Shown piece by piece: positions 30,783 to 40,848 of a DNA stretch of 64,000 bases. The position numbers were made by a program, and so were the translations under genes. Within the stretch, counting starts at the first letter, position 1; the number at the start of each line of letters is the position of its first letter. The DNA is from Dehalococcoidia bacterium. GTDB taxonomy: Bacteria; Chloroflexota; Dehalococcoidia; Bin125. The DNA lies in assembly GCA_963663235.2 (NCBI GenBank), contig CAXXNO010000002.1, positions 13,340-77,339 on the forward strand, read 5' to 3'. The notes below the pieces were generated by a model that saw nothing but the letters and a program-made list of their open reading frames with translations, was not told the origin of the DNA and did not search any database.

Positions 30783-32069
30783 GTGCCGGACCTGCGGCCG
30801 TTTCGCGGGCTGCGCTATGACCCCGCCGCCGTCGACGACTGGGGCGCCGTCCTGGGCCCGCCCTACGACGTGGTGGACGCCGCCGAACGGGCCGCCCTGA
30901 CCGCCCGCAGCCCGTACCAGATCAACCACATCGAGTCGGCGTCCGGGGAGCCGGCGATCGCCCGCGCGGCCGAACAGTTGGAGCAGTGGCAGCGTCGCGG
31001 CGTCCTGCGTCGCGACGAGCGGCCGAGCTACTACCTGCACGAGCATCTCTTCCAGCACGAGGAGCGAGAGCGCATTCGGCTCTGCTTCTTCGTGCGCGCC
31101 CGCCTCACGCCCTGGGGCACGGGTGAGATCCGGCCGCACGAGTGGACCATGAGCGGTCCGCGGGAGGAGCGCGCGAGCCTGCGCCGGGCGACCCGCGCCG
31201 ACATCTCACCGGTGTTCGCGATCGCCCCGGACCGCTGGGGCGGGCTGGGCGCGCTCCTCGCCGATGCCTTGCGCCGGCCCGTCGTGGCCGCGGGCGTCGA
31301 CGCCGCGGGCGACCACCACCGCTTGCGCGTGATCAACGAGCCGGCCTCGATCGCGGCCCTCCAAGCCGCGCTCGAGGCCGAGCCCGTCTACATCGCCGAC
31401 GGGCATCACCGCTACGAGTCGGCGTTGGCCGATCGCGAGCAGCGCGCCGCGGCGACCGAGGCGTGGACGGGTGACGAGCCCGAGAACTTCGTGCTCATGG
31501 GCATCGTCCGCGCCGCCGACCCCGGCCTTGTGGTGAGTGCGACGCACCGCCTGGTTCACTCCGGCCAGAGGCCGCCCAACCTCGTGGCGACGCTGCGGTC
31601 CCGCTTTCAGGTCGAAGAGGTGGGCGGTCCGAGCGCGGGACCGGGTCCACTCTTGCGCCGGATGCAGGAGGCCGGAGGCCGTGCGCCGGCCATCGGCGCT
31701 CTGGGGCTGGAGGAGTCGCGCTGCCATCTCTTGATCGCCGACGAGCGCACCCGGGCGGCGCTGCCGGCCCGTCTGCCGCCGTCCTGGCGCGACCTGGACA
31801 TGGCCCTGCTGCAGGGGGCGCTCCTGGAGCCGCTCCTCGGTGTCGACGACGCCGCGCTCAGGGGGGGCGAGGCCATGACCTACACCCACGATGCGGTAGC
31901 GGCCTTCGCCGCCGTGCGGGACGGCCGCGCCTGGTGCGCCTTGCTGCTCAACCCGCCCGCGCTGGAGCAGGTCTTCGCCAGCGCCGACTGCGGCGATCGC
32001 ATGCCGCAGAAGAGCACCTATTTCTTGCCCAAGCTGCCCACGGGGGTGGTGCTCTACTCGTTCCGCTAG
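30783..32069 (+). CDS. DUF1015 family protein
   Basis: LRPFRGLRY, PPYDV, PHE.T, YIADGHHRYE, MPQKSTYF.PK; GGGAGG SD before GTG. Confidence 0.92.
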   Translation: MPDLRPFRGLRYDPAAVDDWGAVLGPPYDVVDAAERAALTARSPYQINHIESASGEPAIARAAEQLEQWQRRGVLRRDERPSYYLHEHLFQHEERERIRLCFFVRARLTPWGTGEIRPHEWTMSGPREERASLRRATRADISPVFAIAPDRWGGLGALLADALRRPVVAAGVDAAGDHHRLRVINEPASIAALQAALEAEPVYIADGHHRYESALADREQRAAATEAWTGDEPENFVLMGIVRAADPGLVVSATHRLVHSGQRPPNLVATLRSRFQVEEVGGPSAGPGPLLRRMQEAGGRAPAIGALGLEESRCHLLIADERTRAALPARLPPSWRDLDMALLQGALLEPLLGVDDAALRGGEAMTYTHDAVAAFAAVRDGRAWCALLLNPPALEQVFASADCGDRMPQKSTYFLPKLPTGVVLYSFR

Positions 32070-32090
32070 GGGGGCGCTAGCGGGCGGCGG

Positions 32091-33683
32091 TTAGATCCGC
32101 GCCTGCACCACGCTCTCGATGCCGGGAATCGCCGCGATGCGCTGCGACTCGTCGGGGCTCAGCTCGCGGTCGATCGTGAGGACCATCAGCGCCATGCTAC
32201 GGTCGCGCCGGCCGACATCCATGGCGGAGATGTTCACGTCCATGGCTCCCAACTGGGTGCCGACCGCGCCGACGCGGCCGGGCACGTCCTCATTCTCCAA
32301 GATGAGGATGTGTGCGTGCCCCTCGCGCTCTCCGCCGCGGGAGACGTCGACCGTGGCGCCGTTGATCTCGACGATGTGCGGCTCGCCGTGCGCGATGGTG
32401 CCGGCGACGTGGACCTCGCCGCCCGCGGTGGTCAGGCGCACGGCGATCTGGTTGGCGTAAGGGGCGGCCTCGTGCCCTTTCTCCTCGGTCACCTGCCAGC
32501 CGCGACCGGCGATGATGTTGTTGACCGAGACCAAATTGACGCGCTCCTCGCTGATCGTGGCGAGCAGGCCGGCGATGGTCGCCGCCTTGAGCGCCGTGAC
32601 GTCGTGGTTGGCGATCTCGCCCTCGTAGTCGATCCGCACCGCCCGCCATTGGCCGGAGGCGAGTTGCGTGGCCAGCGTGCCGCACATCTTCGCCACGTCC
32701 AGGTACGGCCCCACCACCTCCAGCGTCTCCGGATCGACGAAGGGCGCGTTGACCGCCGCCGTCGCCGGCCGGCCATCGAGCACCAGTTGCACTTCGCGGG
32801 CCACGTCCAGGGCCACCTGCTCCTGCGCCTCGGCTGTCGACGCGCCCAGGTGGGGTGTGGAGACCACGCGCGGGTGTTGCAGCAAGGGGTTGTCGCCCGG
32901 GGGCTCATGCTCGAAGACATCGAGCGCTGCGCCGGCCAGGTGTCCCGTGTTCAGCGCCTCCAAGAGCGCGGTCTCGTCCACCAGTCCGCCGCGGGCCGTG
33001 TTGACGATCCGGGCGCCGGGCTTCATCAGCGCGATCTGCTCTCGCCCGATGATGCCGGCCGTCTCCGTGGTGAGCGCCGTGTGCAGCGTGATGAAGTCGG
33101 AGCGTTTGAGCAGCTCCTCCAGCGGCGCCAGTTCGACCCCCAACATGCGCGCGTGCTCATCGGGCACGTAGGGGTCGCAGGCGAGCACCGTCATCTCCAG
33201 AGCGTGCAGCCGCCGGGCGACCGCCGCGCCCACCCGCCCGAGCCCGATCACGCCGGCCACCTTGCCCCGCAACTCCACCCCGACAAACGCCCCGCGGTCC
33301 CAAGCGCCCTGCCGCAGGCTGCTGTCCGCCTGGGGCAGGCGGCGGGCCAGCGCCATCAGCAGCGCGACCGCCAGCTCAGCCGCCGACACCGTGTTGCCCG
33401 CCGGGGCGTTCACCACCACGATGCCCCGTTCCGTGGCGGCATTGACATCGATGTTGTCGACGCCCACGCCGGCGCGGGCAATCACGCGCAGCTTCGCGCC
33501 GGCCTCGATCACCGCTCGCGTGACCTTGGTTTCGCTGCGGACCACCAGCGCGTCGTAGTCGGGGATGGCGGCGATCAGCGCGTCGGGGCTCAGGCCCGGG
33601 CGCTCATCCACGCGGGCCCGCTGCGCCAGCAGGTCGAGGCCCTCCCGCGCGATCGAGTCAGCGACGAGGACGCGCTCGTTCAC
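32091..33683 (-). CDS. serA: D-3-phosphoglycerate dehydrogenase (with ASB and ACT domains)
   Basis: VRS.TKV, RAGVGVDNID, GLGRVG, NTARG, TPHLGAST, C-terminal ACT. Confidence 0.95.
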   Translation of the reverse strand: MNERVLVADSIAREGLDLLAQRARVDERPGLSPDALIAAIPDYDALVVRSETKVTRAVIEAGAKLRVIARAGVGVDNIDVNAATERGIVVVNAPAGNTVSAAELAVALLMALARRLPQADSSLRQGAWDRGAFVGVELRGKVAGVIGLGRVGAAVARRLHALEMTVLACDPYVPDEHARMLGVELAPLEELLKRSDFITLHTALTTETAGIIGREQIALMKPGARIVNTARGGLVDETALLEALNTGHLAGAALDVFEHEPPGDNPLLQHPRVVSTPHLGASTAEAQEQVALDVAREVQLVLDGRPATAAVNAPFVDPETLEVVGPYLDVAKMCGTLATQLASGQWRAVRIDYEGEIANHDVTALKAATIAGLLATISEERVNLVSVNNIIAGRGWQVTEEKGHEAAPYANQIAVRLTTAGGEVHVAGTIAHGEPHIVEINGATVDVSRGGEREGHAHILILENEDVPGRVGAVGTQLGAMDVNISAMDVGRRDRSMALMVLTIDRELSPDESQRIAAIPGIESVVQARI

Positions 33684-33685
33684 CG

Positions 33686-34792
33686 TCAGGCGCGCGGCGG
33701 GGCGGGGGCGGGGTGGCCCAGCTCGCTGAGGCTGCGCCCTAACGCCTCCAGAGCTCGATCCATGTCGGCCTCGTCCACCCAACCAAGGTGTCCCAGGCGG
33801 ATGATCCGGCCGGCGAGCCTCGCCTGGCCGCCCGCCACCACCGTGTTATGCCGCTCGCGCGCCTGCTTGGCGAGCTCCACGCCGTCGACGCCGTCGGGCA
33901 GGCGCAGGGCCGTCACCGTGTTGGAAGCGAAGCGCTCATCGGCGAAGAGTTCCAGCCCCAGCGCCTTGGCGCCGTCGCGCGTGCGCGCGGCGACGCGGGC
34001 GTGGCGCGCGAAGATGGCGTCCGGACCTTCCGCGCGCATCCGCTCCAGCGCCACGTCCAGCCCGTACATGACGGGGATTCCGGGCGTCGCGGGCGTCTGG
34101 CCCTTGGCGGCCGCGTCCCGGTACTGGCGCGCGTCCAGGTAGAACCGGGGCATGGCCGCCGTCTCGGCGGCGGCCCAGGCTTTATCGCTGAGGGCGAGCA
34201 TCGCCAGCCCGGGCGGCGCCTGCCAGCCCTTCTGCGAGGCGGTGACCACGACATCGATGCCCCACACGTCCATCGCCAGCGCGATCGAGCCCAGGCTGGA
34301 GACCGCATCCACCAGGAGCAAGGCGTCGCTCTGGGCATGGACCGCCTCCGCGATCTCGCGCAGGGGGTTGGTGATCCCAGTGGAGGTCTCGTTGTGCGTG
34401 ACGAGCACAGCGCGATAGTCGCCGCCGCGTCGCAGCGCCTCTCGCACCGCCTCGGGATCGGCGGCGCGGCCCCATTCCACTTCCAAGCGGGTGACGTCCG
34501 CGCCGTACAGCCGGGCGATCTCCGCAAAGCGGTCACCGAAAGCGCCGTTCGTGACGGCCAGCACAGGGTCGCCCGGCGAGAGCGTGTTGACGACGGCCGC
34601 TTCCATTCCCCCCGTACCGCCGCACGTCATCAGGAGCACGTCGTTGGCGGTCTGGAAAAACGGCCGCAACCCCTCCGTCAGGCGCGCCAACAGCGCGGCG
34701 AACTCTGGTCCACGGTGGTTGATCATCTGCCGCCCTACCGCCTCCAGGACAGCGGGCGGGCAGGGGGTCGGGCCGGGCACACGCAGATTCAC
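33686..34792 (-). CDS. Class V PLP aminotransferase (serine-pyruvate / SerC-like)
   Basis: LRVPGPT, HNETSTG, DAVSS, SQKG (PLP Lys), RLGHLG; operon with serA; SD before GTG 34792. Confidence 0.9.
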   Translation of the reverse strand: MNLRVPGPTPCPPAVLEAVGRQMINHRGPEFAALLARLTEGLRPFFQTANDVLLMTCGGTGGMEAAVVNTLSPGDPVLAVTNGAFGDRFAEIARLYGADVTRLEVEWGRAADPEAVREALRRGGDYRAVLVTHNETSTGITNPLREIAEAVHAQSDALLLVDAVSSLGSIALAMDVWGIDVVVTASQKGWQAPPGLAMLALSDKAWAAAETAAMPRFYLDARQYRDAAAKGQTPATPGIPVMYGLDVALERMRAEGPDAIFARHARVAARTRDGAKALGLELFADERFASNTVTALRLPDGVDGVELAKQARERHNTVVAGGQARLAGRIIRLGHLGWVDEADMDRALEALGRSLSELGHPAPAPPRA

Positions 34793-34891
34793 GAAGAAAC
34801 CTCCTGAGGGAAGACCGTCCCGATGATACGAGCGGCCGCCGAAGCGGAGCAACCAAGCCGGCGACTTCGCGTCGATGGTAGGGTTGGGATT

Positions 34892-36271
34892 GTGACCAAC
34901 CCGTATCGCACATTGCCCAGCGTCGATCGGCTGCTCCAGCACCCGGCAGTCGCGCGGCTGCGCGATCGCTACCCGAACGGCCGCCTCACGACCCACGCGC
35001 GCGCCGTGCTGGACCGGGCGCGGGCGTCGCTGGCAGCCTCCTCCGATGCCGACGGCGGCGCCGACCTGGAGGCCCTGGCGCAGGCAGTCGTCGCCAGTGT
35101 CGAAGGGGCGACGACGCCCTCGCTGCGACCGGTCCTCAACGCCACCGGCGTGATCCTGCACACGAACCTGGGGCGCGCGCCCTTGTCCGCGGCAGCCCTG
35201 GCCGCGATGGAGCGGGCGGGCCGGGGCTATTCCAACCTGGAGTTCGATCTCGCCGCCGGCAAGCGGGGCTCCCGTTTCGCCCATCTGACCGCGCTCCTGC
35301 GTGAGGCGACCGGCGCCGAGGCGGGGCTGGCCGTCAACAACAACGCCTCCGCGCTCCTGCTGGCGCTCTCCGCTCTGGCGGCGGACCGGGAGGTGATCGT
35401 GAGCCGGGGCCAGGCCGTGGAGATCGGGGGCGGCTTTCGCATCCCGGACGTCCTGCGCCAGAGCGGCGCGACGCTGGTGGAGGTCGGCACGACCAACCGG
35501 ACCCACGCCGACGACTACGGCGACGCCCTCAACCAGCGCACGGCGGCCATCCTGCGGGTGCACGCCAGCAACTTCAAGATCGTCGGCTTCACGGCGCAGC
35601 CCGCGCTGACCGAGCTGCGCCGGCTGGCGAGCGACGCCGGCGTGCTCCTCCTAGACGACCTGGGCAGCGGCTGTCTGCTGGACACCACCCGCTACGGGCT
35701 GGCGCCGGAGCCGCGCGTGCAGGAAAGCGTCGCCACCGGTGTGGACCTCACGATGTTCTCCGGCGACAAACTGCTGGGCGGGCCGCAGGCAGGCCTGATC
35801 GTCGGTCGCGCCGATCTCATTGAGCGCCTGCGCCGCCACCCCCTGGCGCGCGCGCTGCGCCCGGACAAGTCGGCTATCGCCGGCCTGGCCGCAACGCTGG
35901 CGCACTACCTCCATGATCAAGCGGAGACGGAGATCCCCGTGTGGCGGATGATCGCCGCGCCCGCCGACGGGCTGCGCGATCGAGCGGAGGCGTGGCGCAC
36001 GGCGATCGCGGCGGGCTCAGTAGAGCCGTCGCGATCGATGGTGGGAGGGGGATCGTTGCCGGACGAGAGCCTGCCGACGTTCGTCCTGGCCCTGAGAGAG
36101 CCGCGGACAGACGCCGGATCGCTGGCGGCGGCGCTGCGCGGCGGCGACCCACCGCTGATCGCGCGGGTGGAGCACGACGCCGTCCTGCTGGACCCGCGCA
36201 CCATCGACCCCAGCGAGGATGCCGCCGTCGTCACGGCGCTGCGGTCGGCCCTCTCGGGAGAGGGCCGCTAG
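34892..36271 (+). CDS. selA: L-seryl-tRNA(Sec) selenium transferase
   Basis: LPSVD, NATGVILHTNLGRA, VNNNA, EIGGGFRIPD, EVGTTNRT, FSGDKLLGGPQAG. Confidence 0.97.
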   Translation: MTNPYRTLPSVDRLLQHPAVARLRDRYPNGRLTTHARAVLDRARASLAASSDADGGADLEALAQAVVASVEGATTPSLRPVLNATGVILHTNLGRAPLSAAALAAMERAGRGYSNLEFDLAAGKRGSRFAHLTALLREATGAEAGLAVNNNASALLLALSALAADREVIVSRGQAVEIGGGFRIPDVLRQSGATLVEVGTTNRTHADDYGDALNQRTAAILRVHASNFKIVGFTAQPALTELRRLASDAGVLLLDDLGSGCLLDTTRYGLAPEPRVQESVATGVDLTMFSGDKLLGGPQAGLIVGRADLIERLRRHPLARALRPDKSAIAGLAATLAHYLHDQAETEIPVWRMIAAPADGLRDRAEAWRTAIAAGSVEPSRSMVGGGSLPDESLPTFVLALREPRTDAGSLAAALRGGDPPLIARVEHDAVLLDPRTIDPSEDAAVVTALRSALSGEGR

Positions 36272-36327
36272 GCGCCGTCGCGGCGTCGCTCCCGGCGTAT
36301 CTGCCCGTAAAATGGGCGCGGAAGGGA

Positions 36328-37680
36328 ATGCCCGTGGGCCGTCCGGTGTTCGCCTGTGTCTCGCCTCACCCGCCGGTCATCGTGCCCGCCGTCGGACACG
36401 GTCGCGAACGGGAGACAAGCGCAACCATCGAGGCCCTGGCAACGCTGCGGGCGAGGCTCGCGGCGGCCGCCCCGGACACCCTGATCGTGATCTGCCCGCA
36501 CGGGCCGGTCGCCGCCGACCGATTCGCGATCCTCGACGGTCCCCTGCGCGGCGACCTGGGCCGTTTCGGCGCCGGCGCGCTGCGCTTCGAGCGCTCGTGC
36601 GATTCCGAGCTCGTCCAGGCGATCCTCGAGGCGTGCGAGCGGCGCGGCGTCCCGCTCAAGGCCGTCGGCGACTGGGAGCGCGACGACCACTCGGCCTGGG
36701 TGCCGCTGCATTTTTTGCAGGACGCCGCGCCCGGCGCACCGGTCGTGATGCTGGCGATCAGCTTGCTGCCGCCGCAGGCGCACCACGAGCTGGGCTGCGC
36801 GATGGCCGAAGCCATCGCGAAGACGGACAGACGCGTCGCCATCATCGCCAGCGCCGACGGCTCGCACGCGCTGAACTCCGACGGCCCCTACGGCTTCCAC
36901 CCGGCCGGGCCGCGCTTTGAAGAGGAGTTCCAGCGCGCCTTCCAGGCCTGGGACGTGAGCGCGGTGCTCGCCTTCGATGACGCCTATCGGCGCGACGCCG
37001 CCGAGGACGCCGTGCCCTCGCTCGCGATCCTGATGGGTGCGCTCTCGCTCCATGAAGCGCGACCGCGCATCCTCGCGGCCGAGGGCCCTTGGGGCGTTGG
37101 CTATATGACGGGCCTCGTGGAGATCGGAGCGCCGGAAACGGACGCTCCTGTTCCGGACATCACTGGGGCCTCGGACGTCACGGGCCTGGCGCGCGCAGCC
37201 GTGGAGAGCCACGTGCGCGAGGGTCGCAGGCTGGAATCCAACGGGGCGCTGCCCGCCGCGTGGCAGGCGCAGCGGGCGGGGACCTTCGTCTCGATCTACG
37301 CCAGCGGCGAGCTGCGCGGCTGCGTGGGAACCGTGCGCCCCAAACACGCATCGGTGGCTGCGGAGATCGTCGAGAATGCCATCGCTGCGGCGGAGGCGGA
37401 CCCCCGCTTTCCCCCCGTGCGAGCGCACGAACTTGACCGGCTCACGTACAAGGTGGACGTGCTCTCCACGCCCGAGCCGATCGCCGGCCCGACCGACCTG
37501 GACGTGCGGCGCTACGGCGTGGTGGTGGAGGCCGGTCCGCGCCGTGGCGTGCTCCTGCCGGACCTCGCCGGCGTGCAAGACGTGGAGCAGCAAGTTGCGA
37601 TCGCCCGGGCCAAAGCGGAGATCCCGCCGGACGCGCCCGCGGCGCTGTTCCGCTTTGAGATCCGGCGCTACGCGGAGTAG
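36328..37680 (+). CDS. AmmeMemoRadiSam protein B-A fusion (LigB/MEMO-like plus AMMECR1)
   Basis: SPHPP, PHG, SADGSH, GPWGVGY then GTFVS..LRGCVG, DPRFPPV, GVLLPDL. Confidence 0.88.
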   Translation: MPVGRPVFACVSPHPPVIVPAVGHGRERETSATIEALATLRARLAAAAPDTLIVICPHGPVAADRFAILDGPLRGDLGRFGAGALRFERSCDSELVQAILEACERRGVPLKAVGDWERDDHSAWVPLHFLQDAAPGAPVVMLAISLLPPQAHHELGCAMAEAIAKTDRRVAIIASADGSHALNSDGPYGFHPAGPRFEEEFQRAFQAWDVSAVLAFDDAYRRDAAEDAVPSLAILMGALSLHEARPRILAAEGPWGVGYMTGLVEIGAPETDAPVPDITGASDVTGLARAAVESHVREGRRLESNGALPAAWQAQRAGTFVSIYASGELRGCVGTVRPKHASVAAEIVENAIAAAEADPRFPPVRAHELDRLTYKVDVLSTPEPIAGPTDLDVRRYGVVVEAGPRRGVLLPDLAGVQDVEQQVAIARAKAEIPPDAPAALFRFEIRRYAE

Positions 37681-37699
37681 GCCCGAATCGGGGACGCCC

Positions 37700-40078
37700 C
37701 TGGACAGCAAGACGCTCGAATACCTGGAGTTCCCCAAGATCACCGCCCGCCTGGCGGAGCACTGCACCTCGCCCATGGGCCGCGAACTGGCTGGGACCCT
37801 GGTCCCGAGCGACGACGTGGACGAAGTGCTGCGGCGACAGCGCCTAACCGCCGAGGGCAAGCGTCTGCGACGGATCAAGCCGAGCTTCGCGCTCGGCGGC
37901 GCGGCGGACATCACACCGCTGGCGCACTCGGCGGCGCGCGGTGCTCAACTGCCGGCGAGCGAGTTGCTGGAGGCGCTCTCCTTCCTCCGCAGCGCCCGGC
38001 ACACCCGCCACCACATCATTCCGCTGGCCGATCAGGTCCCGGCCCTGGCGGCCGATGCGCAGCGCATCGGCGAGTTCGGCCCCCTGATCGCCGAGATCGA
38101 TCGCGCCCTCAGCCCCCGCGGTGAGATCCTGGACACGGCCAGCCCCACTTTGTCCGTGCTGCGCCGCGACGTGCAGGTCGCCCATGACCGGCTGCTGGAC
38201 CGCGTCCAGCGCATCCTCAACCAGACGCTCGCCCGCGGCTACGCGCAGGAATCGATCATCACGGAGCGCGACGGTCGTTATGTAATCCCGATCAAGGTCG
38301 ACTCGCGCAGCCACGTCCCCGGGGTCGTGCACGATCTCTCCTCCAGCGGGGCGACGGCGTTCGTCGAGCCCTTGGGCGCGGTCGAGCTGGGGAACGGCTG
38401 GCGCGAAGCGCGCCTGCTGGAAGAGCGGGAAGTGGAGCGCGTGCTGCGCCGGCTGAGCGGCCTGCTGGGGGCAGAGGCCGGCGCGATCGTGGCCTCGGTG
38501 CGGGCGCTGGCCGAGATCGACCTGACCCTGGCCAAAGCGGACTTCGCCGCCGCCATCGATGCTCCCCTGCCGGCGGAAGGGGAGAACCAGGCGTGGATCG
38601 TCGAGGCGCCGAGCGAGCTGCGGCTGCAATCGGCCCGCCATCCGCTGCTGACCGGGGAAGTGGTGCCCATCTCTCTCGTGGCCGGGGGCGAGCAGCGCGG
38701 CGTGCTGATCACCGGCCCCAACACGGGCGGCAAGACCGTGGCGCTGAAGAGCGTGGGCCTGCTCACGCTCATGGCCCAAGCCGGGCTGCCGGTCCCCGCC
38801 GAAGCGGGCACGCAGATCCCGGTCTACGCCACGATCGCCGCCGACATCGGCGACGAGCAGAGCATCGAGCAGTCGCTCTCGACGTTCTCCTCGCACATGC
38901 GCAACATCATCCGCATCCTAGAAGCCGCGGGCCCGCAGAGCCTGGTGCTGCTGGACGAGCTGGGAGCAGGCACGGACCCCAGTGAAGGCAGCGCCCTGGG
39001 CCGCGCCATCCTCAAGCAACTGCTCGGCCTGGGCGCCACCTTCGTCGCGACCACGCACCACGGGGAGCTGAAGATCTTTGCGCACGAGACGCCGGGGCTG
39101 ATCAACGCCTCGGTCGAGTTCGACCACGAGACGCTGGCCCCCACCTACCGGCTCATGCTGGGCCTGCCCGGTCGCAGTAACGCGATCGCCATCGCGGAGC
39201 GCCTGGGGCTGCCCGCCCCCGTGCTCGCCGACGCGCGGGCCGCCTACACGCCCGGCGAGCAGAGCATGGAGCGCCTGCTGGAGGAGTTGCAGCGTGATCG
39301 CAGCGCCACGGGCGACGCCCGCAGCGCAGAGGAGTTCGCGCGCCACGAGGCCGAATCGATCCGCGACCAACTCCGGCAGCGCCTGGATCGCCTGGACGCC
39401 GAACGGGACGAAGTGCTGGCCAAGACGCAGATGGAGATGGAGCGCCAGCTCGGCGCCCTGCGCCAGTCCATCCGCGCGGCCGAGAAGCGGCTGGCGTCCG
39501 GGCGCAAAGCGGAAATCGAACAGGCGCGCGAGCGCGCGGCGGGAGCGCAGCGCCGCCTGGAGCGGGTGCGGCGCGAGCGCCGCCAGCCGCAGTCGCATCG
39601 GCGTCCGACGCCGCAGGAGCGCCTCGATCCCGCCTCGATCCGCCCCGGCGCGGTCGTGCACCTGCGTGGCCTGGAACAGCCCGGCGAGGCGCTCACCGCC
39701 GTCGATGCGGACGGCATGCTGGCCGTGCAGCTGGGATCATTGCGGACGCGCGTGCGCAGCGATCAGGTGGAGCGGCTGGGACAGCGCGAGGAACGCCGCG
39801 GCGACGTGCGCTACGCCGTGAGTATCGCCGACCCCGGCTCGCGCATCGAGGTCCGCGGCCAGACCTTGGACGAAGCGCTCCCGACGGTGGAGCGCTTCCT
39901 GGACCAAGCCTTCCGCGCGGGGCTGTCACGGGTCGAGGTCGTGCACGGGAAAGGCACCGGCACGCTGCGCGAGGCCGTGCGCCAACTGCTGGGATCCCAT
40001 CCGCTGGTCGGACGCTACACGCCGGCGAGCCAGGAAGAGGGCGGTGAAGGCGTGACCATCGTGCACTTGGCGCTGTAG
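37700..40078 (+). CDS. mutS2: Endonuclease MutS2
   Basis: DSKTLEYLEF N-terminus, TGPNTGGKT, DIGDEQSIEQSLSTFSSH, DELGAGTDP, Smr VHGKGTG; probable CTG start. Confidence 0.95.
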   Translation: MDSKTLEYLEFPKITARLAEHCTSPMGRELAGTLVPSDDVDEVLRRQRLTAEGKRLRRIKPSFALGGAADITPLAHSAARGAQLPASELLEALSFLRSARHTRHHIIPLADQVPALAADAQRIGEFGPLIAEIDRALSPRGEILDTASPTLSVLRRDVQVAHDRLLDRVQRILNQTLARGYAQESIITERDGRYVIPIKVDSRSHVPGVVHDLSSSGATAFVEPLGAVELGNGWREARLLEEREVERVLRRLSGLLGAEAGAIVASVRALAEIDLTLAKADFAAAIDAPLPAEGENQAWIVEAPSELRLQSARHPLLTGEVVPISLVAGGEQRGVLITGPNTGGKTVALKSVGLLTLMAQAGLPVPAEAGTQIPVYATIAADIGDEQSIEQSLSTFSSHMRNIIRILEAAGPQSLVLLDELGAGTDPSEGSALGRAILKQLLGLGATFVATTHHGELKIFAHETPGLINASVEFDHETLAPTYRLMLGLPGRSNAIAIAERLGLPAPVLADARAAYTPGEQSMERLLEELQRDRSATGDARSAEEFARHEAESIRDQLRQRLDRLDAERDEVLAKTQMEMERQLGALRQSIRAAEKRLASGRKAEIEQARERAAGAQRRLERVRRERRQPQSHRRPTPQERLDPASIRPGAVVHLRGLEQPGEALTAVDADGMLAVQLGSLRTRVRSDQVERLGQREERRGDVRYAVSIADPGSRIEVRGQTLDEALPTVERFLDQAFRAGLSRVEVVHGKGTGTLREAVRQLLGSHPLVGRYTPASQEEGGEGVTIVHLAL

Positions 40079-40702
40079 ATGGCCATCTTCCGTCGCCTCG
40101 GCCGCGCGCTCATCTATGAAGACGACGTCCGTCGCCGCCGCAAGACGGTCCTGGAGCTCGCCGCGGCCGACTTCCTCTCGCCGCTGCGCACGCGCCGGGG
40201 CAAGAAGGGGGGCAAGGGCTATGCCGGCTGGGAGCTGAGCAATGTCGTCGGCGCCGCGTTCTGGTGCATGGCGCTTCTCTCGCAACGGCGGGAACGCTTT
40301 CCCATGCAGTTGCTCTCCCAGATCCATGAGGACACCGCCGCGGTAACGCCCTTCGTGCGGGAGAAGAAGGCCACGCAGGAGATCCTGGACGCCACATCCG
40401 GCATCGATGCGGACTCGCTCGTCGGATTTGCCGACGTGGCCATCAGCCGTTTTCAGCCGCCGGGGGCATCCGGCGAACCGCTGGTGCCAGCGCAGCCCGC
40501 GCATGAGATCCTCAGGGCCGCGTTGCTCCGCGGCGCCATGGCCGGGCACCTCCAGCCCCAGGACGTGCGCGATGCCTGGATCGCCGACCACCCGGAGGCG
40601 AAGAGTAATCCCGAGCGACACTGGCGCACCGCCCAGGGCAAAGCGGAGTCGCTCTATCGCGCCTGGCAGAAGAAGCGCGGCCCCAAGCGCCCCTTCACGT
40701 AG
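40079..40702 (+). CDS. Hypothetical protein
   Basis: 207 aa ORF starting right after the mutS2 stop, GC3-rich codons; no recognised motif. Confidence 0.65.
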   Translation: MAIFRRLGRALIYEDDVRRRRKTVLELAAADFLSPLRTRRGKKGGKGYAGWELSNVVGAAFWCMALLSQRRERFPMQLLSQIHEDTAAVTPFVREKKATQEILDATSGIDADSLVGFADVAISRFQPPGASGEPLVPAQPAHEILRAALLRGAMAGHLQPQDVRDAWIADHPEAKSNPERHWRTAQGKAESLYRAWQKKRGPKRPFT

Positions 40703-40722
40703 CGCTACGGCGGCGGCGAGTT

Positions 40723-40785
40723 GCGCAGGGCACCGGGCGCAGGGCACCGGGCGCCGGCGCTATCCTGAGGCTCTATCCTGAGGCT
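40723..40785. repeat. Two adjacent short tandem duplications (14 bp x2; 13 bp x2)
   Basis: gcgcagggcaccgg x2 (40723-40750); ctatcctgaggct x2 (40760-40785). Confidence 0.85.
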
Positions 40786-40848
40786 GGGCGGCCCCCTGAG
40801 CCGTGCTCCAAGAGAGAGGGAAGCCCGATCGTCGCCCGGAAGCGTCGC

